Shown here: piece by piece, positions 63,229 to 64,000 of the stretch | How the letters are laid out: each line of letters starts with the position of its first letter | Position numbering within the stretch: the stretch's first letter is position 1 | NCBI GenBank assembly: GCA_965652295.1 | Contig: CBFGTS010000010.1 | Coordinates: 32,001-96,000, forward strand | Length of the DNA stretch: 64,000 nucleotides | Reading direction: 5' to 3' | DNA from: an uncultured Haloferula sp. | GTDB lineage: Bacteria > Verrucomicrobiota > Verrucomicrobiia > Verrucomicrobiales > Akkermansiaceae | Translations under genes and position numbers: made by a program | Notes under the pieces: model-generated | Told to the model about the DNA's origin: nothing | What the model saw: only the letters and a program-made list of their open reading frames with translations | Database searches by the model: none

Positions 63229-64000
63229 TCAGTAGCTCCGGCCCCAGATGGCGCGTTGTTTGGTGGGCTTGCCGGTCAGGAGGCAGGGGGCTTCGTCGCC
63301 GTCCTGCTGGTCGAGCGGGAGGCAGCGGATGGTGATCTTGTGCTTTTTGCTGAGCTCGTCTTCCTCCTCGGACGTAGCGTCCCAGGGGGTGATGAGCCAG
63401 CCGGGATTGTCCTGGGCCCAGTGAGCTTCGAACGTTTCCAGGCTGTCGCAGGGTACGATGTTCGCATCGCGGAACTCGACGGCTCGCTGAAGCAGCGTGT
63501 CGTGGATTTCCTGAAGGAGATCGGTGGCGCGGCGGAGGAAATCCTCCTTCTCAAGAAACTCCTTTTCGTGGGCAGCGCGGTCGCGGCGGTTGAGGCAAAC
63601 CTTCCGGCTTTCGACGTCACGCGGGCCGATCTCGATGCGGATCGGGGTGCCTTTTTTCACCCATTCCCACTTCTTCTGGCCGCCCTGGAGGTCGCGATCA
63701 TCGACGAGCACTCTCAGGGGATCGCCATGGAAACGATACCCGCGGAGGGTCTCGGCGAGTGCGTGGCAGGAGGCGATCACGGCTTCCTTGGTGTTTTCCT
63801 TGGGAGTGACCGGAATGATGACGATCTGCTGCGTGGCGACGCGTGGCGGCAGGATGAGGCCGTCGTCGTCGGAGTGGGCCATGATCAGCGTGCCGATCAT
63901 GCGGGTTGAGACGCCCCATGAGGTCGTGTAGGCGTGTTCCACCTTGCCATCGCGCCCGGTGAAGGAGATGTCCTGGGCCTTCGAGAAATTCTGTCCGAGG
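63229..64000 (-). CDS. proS: Proline--tRNA ligase, archaeal/eukaryotic type (3' part; truncated by window)
   Basis: TSWGVSTRMIG motif 3, HSDDDGLILPP, KGTPIRIEIGPRD, TIRCLP, terminal GRSY. Confidence 0.93.
   Translation of the reverse strand, partial: LGQNFSKAQDISFTGRDGKVEHAYTTSWGVSTRMIGTLIMAHSDDDGLILPPRVATQQIVIIPVTPKENTKEAVIASCHALAETLRGYRFHGDPLRVLVDDRDLQGGQKKWEWVKKGTPIRIEIGPRDVESRKVCLNRRDRAAHEKEFLEKEDFLRRATDLLQEIHDTLLQRAVEFRDANIVPCDSLETFEAHWAQDNPGWLITPWDATSEEEDELSKKHKITIRCLPLDQQDGDEAPCLLTGKPTKQRAIWGRSY

Overview
GC-rich bacterial chromosomal window, probably Verrucomicrobiota (Haloferula/Luteolibacter-like), inferred from gene style and the large LamG/CotH/lamin-tail secreted proteins. From left to right: the 5' part of a Wadjet-type operon (jetA, jetB; the rest lies outside the window); an arabinan/arabinoxylan hydrolase cluster (ThuA, GH43, GH51, GH43); an AT-rich stretch with a tRNA 3'-end remnant (possible att site); a tightly coupled operon of a Tes/GDGT-MAS-like radical SAM enzyme, a small membrane protein with a C-terminal lipobox-like Cys, an Lgt paralog and a GH76; several giant secreted proteins sharing a C-terminal motif; a fused AhbAB/NirDL; GH28; PfpI; an OprC-like copper TonB receptor with a CxxC/PPPR leader protein, divergent from cydAB; a ~318-bp MITE at the cydB stop; acnA and acnB separated by a RAYT transposase; and housekeeping genes (Hsp70, aroE, gltX, nadB, panC, skp, lpxD, proS). 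Many REP-like palindromes start exactly after stop codons, supply stop codons, or sit in-frame inside housekeeping genes, and heptamer tandem repeats occur both upstream of start codons and in-frame. No CRISPR array, rRNA or intact tRNA was seen. All calls come from reading motifs by eye; no searches were run.
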